Made by a program: the position numbers and the translations under genes. A DNA stretch of 61,196 nt from Burkholderiales bacterium (GTDB taxonomy: Bacteria; Pseudomonadota; Gammaproteobacteria; Burkholderiales; Usitatibacteraceae), in NCBI GenBank assembly GCA_038224475.1, contig JBBRFJ010000001.1, positions 1 through 61,196 on the forward strand. The letters are read 5' to 3'. This document shows positions 59,722 through 61,196 of the stretch, piece by piece (the stretch's first letter is position 1; the number at the start of each line of letters is the position of its first letter). The notes below the pieces were generated by a model. It did not search any database. It was not told the DNA's origin and worked only from the letters and a program-made list of their open reading frames with translations.

Positions 59722-60001
59722 ATTTGAATTCTCTATGAGTGCGTTCGTTGCACTGCGGAACCCAATCACGCCGCACCGGTCTTAACAGTAGTGGTTTTAT
59801 AGACGACCTTATAGACAATTCGCGCTCTAGGATTAGCTAAACCCATGCTGCCATGCCAGGCCCGTATAAAACCGGCAGCCAAATGCGGAATGCGTTCGGC
59901 GCTGTGGATAGGTTAAAATGCGCCCTTGCCTATTTTTCTGTGATTGCACCTACGCGGTCGCTGATTGTTCCTGACATCTTCTTCATGGTTACTTAAAGCT
60001 T

Positions 60002-60898
60002 ATGTTGACCGGTAGTCTCGTTGCCATTGTTACGCCCATGCTGCCCGACGGCGAGCTTGATTATCCGCGTCTTAAATCATTGATTGATTGGCACGTGGCC
60101 GAGGGCACGGACGGTATCGTCATCGTTGGTACCACCGGCGAATCTGCGACTGTTGATTTTGATGAACATTTCTCGCTAATCAAAGCTGCCGTAGAATTTG
60201 CGGCGAAACGTGTACCGGTGATTGCGGGTGCAGGAGCCAATTCAACCAAAGAGGCCGTGAACCTGACGGAGTTTTCAAAGCGCGCTGGCGCGGATTATGC
60301 TCTTTCGGTCGTGCCGTATTACAACAAGCCGACGCAAGAGGGGATGTACCAGCATTTCCGCACGATTGCGGAAGCCGTCGATATTCCCGTCATTCTGTAT
60401 AACGTGCCGGGTCGCACAGTCGCAGATTTAAGCGGCGATACCACCATCCGGCTGGCGCAGATTCCGAACATTGTCGGCATCAAAGATGCGACCGCCAATA
60501 TGGCGCGTGGCGCTGACTTGCTGATGCGCGCGCCGAAAGATTTCGCTATTTACAGCGGTGAAGATGTATCGACGCTCGCGCTGATGTTTTTAGGCGCGCA
60601 TGGCACAATTTCGGTGACCGCTAACGTGGCACCTCGGCTGATGCACGAAATGTGCGTGGCTGCGCTGAACGGCGAGCGTGCCAAGGCAATCGAAATCAAC
60701 AACCGGCTCATGGGCCTGCATAATCAGTTGTTCCTGGAACCCAATCCAATTCCTGCAAAATGGGCGCTCAATCAAATGGGCCTCATTGAAACGGGTATCC
60801 GTCTTCCGCTTCTACCGTTCGAATCAAAGTTTCACGCGCAGTTGCGTGAAGCGATGAGCGCGGCTGGCATTCATGATCTTGTAAAGGAATCGGCTTGA
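60002..60898 (+). CDS. dapA: 4-hydroxy-tetrahydrodipicolinate synthase
   Basis: [24 protein letters not shown] and the active-site Lys context GIKDAT. Confidence 0.95.
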   Translation: MLTGSLVAIVTPMLPDGELDYPRLKSLIDWHVAEGTDGIVIVGTTGESATVDFDEHFSLIKAAVEFAAKRVPVIAGAGANSTKEAVNLTEFSKRAGADYALSVVPYYNKPTQEGMYQHFRTIAEAVDIPVILYNVPGRTVADLSGDTTIRLAQIPNIVGIKDATANMARGADLLMRAPKDFAIYSGEDVSTLALMFLGAHGTISVTANVAPRLMHEMCVAALNGERAKAIEINNRLMGLHNQLFLEPNPIPAKWALNQMGLIETGIRLPLLPFESKFHAQLREAMSAAGIHDLVKESA

Positions 60899-60900
60899 AT

Positions 60901-61196
60901 ATGTCGAAATTGTCGAAGTTTATTGTTCCCAAAGCCGTTCGCATATGCGGTCTGAGCGTCGTGGCGGCACTCACCGTATCCGGCTGTACGATGTTTGGCT
61001 TATTTGGCGCAAACAAGAATACTGATTACCGCGCGCAAGGCGGCAAAATCGCCTCTCTGGAAGTACCGCCTGACCTTACCTCGCCCACGGTGGATGATCG
61101 TTTTGTCATTCCCGATGGGAAAGCAACGACTTATTCACAATACAGTCAGCGCGGCACAGGCAGTACCACAAGCGCCCCAAGCAGCAGTACTGTTCA
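60901..61196 (+). CDS. bamC: outer membrane protein assembly factor BamC-like lipoprotein (5' part)
   Basis: ATG 2 nt after the dapA stop, lipobox LTVSGC, LEVPPDLT motif, and the conserved dapA-bamC order. The gene runs off the window end. Confidence 0.7.
   Translation, partial: MSKLSKFIVPKAVRICGLSVVAALTVSGCTMFGLFGANKNTDYRAQGGKIASLEVPPDLTSPTVDDRFVIPDGKATTYSQYSQRGTGSTTSAPSSSTV

Noticed and set aside
1-61196. Scan for CRISPR arrays, rRNA/tRNA genes, transposases and recognisable defence or toxin-antitoxin modules
   Set aside because: I saw no regularly spaced direct repeats, no rRNA- or tRNA-like sequences, and no DDE transposase, Cas, restriction or TA-type motifs. The only mobile-element signature is the decayed integron.

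Overview
This 61.2 kb window is a chromosomal segment with gene order typical of Betaproteobacteria: xerC-DUF484-dapF, two LpxL-type acyltransferases divergent from metK, ahcY-metF, coaBC-dut opposite radC, rpmB-rpmG, purN/purM/AI-2E permease, and dapA-bamC. Most of it is housekeeping. There is a Zur-linked cluster at 879-6350 (zur, two COG0523 GTPases, a MacB/FtsX-type ABC pair and a DUF3299 protein). A complete glycogen regulon follows, with glgC-glgA convergent on glgP-glgB-glgX-malQ. The rest is methyl-cycle, purine, NAD, lipid A and ribosomal-protein genes. Four things stand out. (1) At 6522-9006 there is a decayed chromosomal integron: an intI relic with frameshifts and an internal deletion, next to four small plus-strand cassette-like ORFs separated by attC-like palindromes with GTTRRRY cores. 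(2) At 58987-59721 there is an orphan microbial rhodopsin with a D-T-K helix-C motif, as in Exiguobacterium rhodopsin, and no retinal-synthesis genes in the window. (3) kynU is split by a single in-frame TAG. (4) A textbook SAH riboswitch with an overlapping terminator sits ahead of ahcY. Smaller oddities are a nested inverted-repeat element inside the Zur operon, 45-bp direct repeats bracketing an AT-rich three-gene islet, and an OmpA-family protein with C-terminal cadherin-like repeats. I saw no rRNA genes, tRNA genes, CRISPR arrays or intact transposases. All calls come from reading the sequence and from remembered family motifs; no database searches were run.
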